The notes under the pieces are model-generated. The model did no database searches. It saw only the letters and a program-made list of their open reading frames with translations, and was not told the origin of the DNA. Both the position numbers and the translations under genes were made by a program. Below, in pieces: positions 60,629-64,000 of a stretch of 64,000 bases of DNA (positions within the stretch are counted from its first letter, which is position 1; each line of letters begins with the position of its first letter). Origin of the DNA: Pristiophorus japonicus (taxonomy: Eukaryota); contig NC_091986.1 of NCBI RefSeq assembly GCF_044704955.1, positions 178,126,001 through 178,190,000 on the forward strand. The letters run 5' to 3'.

Positions 60629-63600
60629 CATAAGAACATAAGAACATAAGAATTAGGAACAGGAGTAGGCCATCTAGCCCCTCGAGCCTGCTCCGCCATT
60701 CAACAAGATCATGGCTGATCTGGTCGTGGACTCAGCTCCACTTACCCGCCCTCTCCTCGTAACCCTTAATTCCCTTATTGCTTAAAAATCTATCTATCTG
60801 TGACTTGAAAACATTCAATGAGCTAGCCTCAACTGCTTCCTTGGGCAGAGAATTCCACAGATTCACAACCCTCTGGGAGAAGAAATTCTTTCTCAACTTG
60901 GTTTTAAATTGGCTCCTCCGTATTTTGAGGCTGTGCCCCCTAGTTCTAGTCTCCCCCACCAATGGAAACAACCTCTCTGCCTCTATCTTGTCTATCCCTT
61001 TCATGATTTTAAATGTTTCTATAAGATCACCCCTCATCCTTCTGAACTCCAAGGAGTAAAGACCCAGTCTACTCAATCTATCATCATAAGGTAACCCCCT
61101 CATTTCTCGAATCAGCCTATGAATCGTTTCTGTAACCCTTCCAAAGCTAGTATATCCTTCCTTAAGTAAGGTGACCAAAACTGCACGCAGTACTCCAGGT
61201 GCGGCCTTACCAATACCTTATACAGTTGCAGCAACACCTCCCTGCTTTTGTACTCCATCCCTTTCGCAATGAAGGCCAACATTCCATTTGCCTTCCTGAT
61301 TACCTGCTGCACCTGCAAACTAACTTTTTGGGATTCATGCACAAGGACCCCCAGGTCCCTCTGCACCACAGCATGTTGTAATTTCTCCCCATTCAAATAA
61401 TATTCCCTTTTACTGTTTTTTTTCCCCAAGGTGGATGACCTCACACTTTCCGACATTGTATTCCATCTGCCAAACCTTAGCCCATTCGCTTAACCTATCC
61501 AAATCTCCTTGCAGCCTCTCTGAGTCCTCGACACAACCCACTTTCCCACTAATCTTAGTGTCATCTGCAAATTTTGTTGCACTACACTCTGTCCCCTCCT
61601 CCAGGTCATCTATGTATATTGTAAACAGTTGTGGTCCCAGCACCGATCCCTGTGGCACACCACTAACCACTGATTTCCAACCCGAAAAGGACCCATTTAT
61701 CCCGACTCTGTTTTCTGTTAGCCAGCCAATTCTCTATCCATGCTAATACATTTCCTCTGACTCCGCGTACCTTTATCTTCTGCAGTAACCTTTTGTGTGG
61801 GACCTTATCGAATGCCTTTTGGAAATCTAAATACACCACATCCATCGGTACACCTCTATCCACCATGCTCGTTATATCCTCAAAGAATTCCAGTAAGTTA
61901 GTTAAACATGATTTCCCTTTCATGAATCCATGCTGCGTCTGCTTGATTGCACTATTACTATCCAGATGTCCCGCTATTTCTTCCTTAATGATAGCTTCAA
62001 GCATTTTCCCCACTACAGATGTTAAACTAACCGGCCTATAGTTACCTGCCTTTTGTCTGCCCCCTGTTTGAAACAGAGGCGTTACATTAGCTGCTTTCCA
62101 ATCCGCTGGTACCTCCCCAGAGTCCAGAGAATTTTGGTAGATTATAACAAATGCATCTGCTATAACTTCCGCCATCTCTTTTAATACTCTGGGATGCATT
62201 TCATCAGGACCAGGGGACTTGTCTACCTTGAGTCCCATTAGTCTGTCCAGCACTACCTCCCTAGTGATGGTGATCATCTCAAGGTCCTCCCTTCCCACAT
62301 TCCTATGACCAGTAATTTTTGGCATGGTTTTTGTGTCTTCCACTGTGAAGACGGAAGCAAAATAATTGTTTAAGGTTTCAGCCATTTCCACATTTCCCAT
62401 TATTAAATCCCCCTTTTCATCTTCTAAGGGACCAACATTTACTTTAGTCACTCTTTTCCATTTTATATATCTGTAAAAGCTTTTACTATCTGTTTTTATG
62501 TTTTGCACAAGTTTACCTTCGTAATCTATATTGCTTTTTTTGTTTTTTTGTCATTCTTTGCTGTTGCTTAAAATCTTCCCAATCCTCTTGTTTCCCACTA
62601 ACCTTGGCCACCTTATACGCATTGGTCTTTGATTTGATACTTTCCTTTATTTCCTTGGTTATCCATGGCTGGTTATCTCTTCTCTTGCCGCCCTTCTTTT
62701 TCACTGGAATATATTTTTGTTGCGCATTATGAAAGAGCTCCTTAAAAGTCCTCCACTGTTCCTCAATTGTGCTACTGTTTAGTCCTTGTTTCCAGTCTAC
62801 TTTAGCCAACTCTGCCCTCATCCCACTGTAGTCCCCTTTGTTTAAGCATAGTACGCTCGTTTCTGACACAACTTCCTCATCCTCAATCTGTATTACAAAT
62901 TCAACCATATTGTGATCACTCATTCCGAGAGGATCTTTTATGAGGAGATCTTTTATTTTTCCTGTCTCGTTACATAGGACCAGATCCTAAATGGCTTGCT
63001 CCCTTGTAGGCTCTGTTACATACTGTTCTAAGAAACAATCCCGTATGCATTCTATGAATTCCTCCTCCAGGCTACCCTCTGCGATTTGATTTGACCAATC
63101 GATATGTAGGTTAAAATCCCCCATAACTACTGCCGTTCCTTTTTCACATGCCTCCATTATTCCCTTGATTATTGCCCACCCCATCATGAAGTTATTATTT
63201 GGGGGCCTATAAACTACGCCGACCAGTGACTTTTTCCCCTTACTATCTCTAATCTCCACCCACAATGATTCAACATTTTGTTCATTGGGGCCAATATCAT
63301 CCCTCACAACTGCCCTGATATCATCCCTTATTAACAGAGCTACCCCACCTCCCTTCCCTTCCTGCCTATCTTTCCGAATCGTCAGATACCCCTGTACGTT
63401 TAATTCCCAGTCCTGGCCACCTTGCAACCATGTCTCTGTAATGGCTACCAAATCATACCCATTTGTAATGATTTGTGCCGTCAACTCATTTACTTTATTT
63501 TGAATGCTGCGTGGATTTAGCTAGAGTGTTTTCATCCTAGTTTTTAAACCATGATTTTTAGTTTTTACCCCTCCTGCAGCCCTTTTATATTCAGTGGCCC

Positions 63601-64000
63601 TTTTTGTTTCTTGCCTTTGGTTTCTCTGCCCTCCACTTTTACTCATCTCTTTTCTGTCTTTTGTTTTTGTCTCCTTTTTGTTTCCCTCTGTCTCCCTGTA
63701 TTGCTTCCCATTCCCCTGCCATATTAGTTTAACTCCTCACCAACAGCACTAGCAAACACTCCCCCGAGGACATTGGTTCCGGTCCTGCCCAGGTGCAGAC
63801 CGTCTGGTTTGTACTGGTCCCACCTCCCCCAGAACCTGTTCCAATGCCCCACGAATTTGAATCCCTCCCTGCTGCACCACTGCTCAAGCCACGTATTCAT
63901 CTGTGCTATCCTGCAATTCCTACTCTGACTAGCACGTGGCACTGGTAGCAATCCCGAGATTACTACTTTTGAGGTCCTACTTTTTAATTTAACTCCTAGC
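60629..64000 (-). mobile_element. Young CR1 LINE (ORF1 end, endonuclease, RT, tail), frameshifted; continues past the window
   Basis: ORFs 63724-63951, 62987-63484 (AITETWL, VMGDFN), 62513-62923, 61663-62508, 61410-61670, 60732-61456. Inserted into the spacer CR1 that starts at about 60226; same subfamily as 13698-16329. Confidence 0.92.

Overview
Eukaryotic (vertebrate) genomic DNA, most likely a cartilaginous fish: the repeats are CR1 LINEs with (TTCTATG-type) tails, Deu-domain tRNA-SINEs, Penelope-type terminal repeats and Mag-type Gypsy elements. The window is a recent head-to-tail tandem array of a spliced minus-strand gene that the ORF track misses. I reconstructed it by hand from GT-AG boundaries as 5 exons (199+113+113+59+83 nt = 188 aa): signal peptide + single Reeler domain + C-terminal GPI-type hydrophobic tail. 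Copy B (18312-25945) and copy C (49792-57243) are complete and in frame. Copy A (exons 1-3, 182-4171) runs off the left edge. The spacers between copies are mostly nested retroelements. Comparing the paralogous units shows copy-specific insertions with target-site duplications (TSDs), an insertion-mediated deletion, a gene-less partial unit, and a chimeric Gypsy element apparently formed by unequal crossover between two independent insertions. No database searches were possible, so family calls rest on recognised motifs, and most TE boundaries are approximate.
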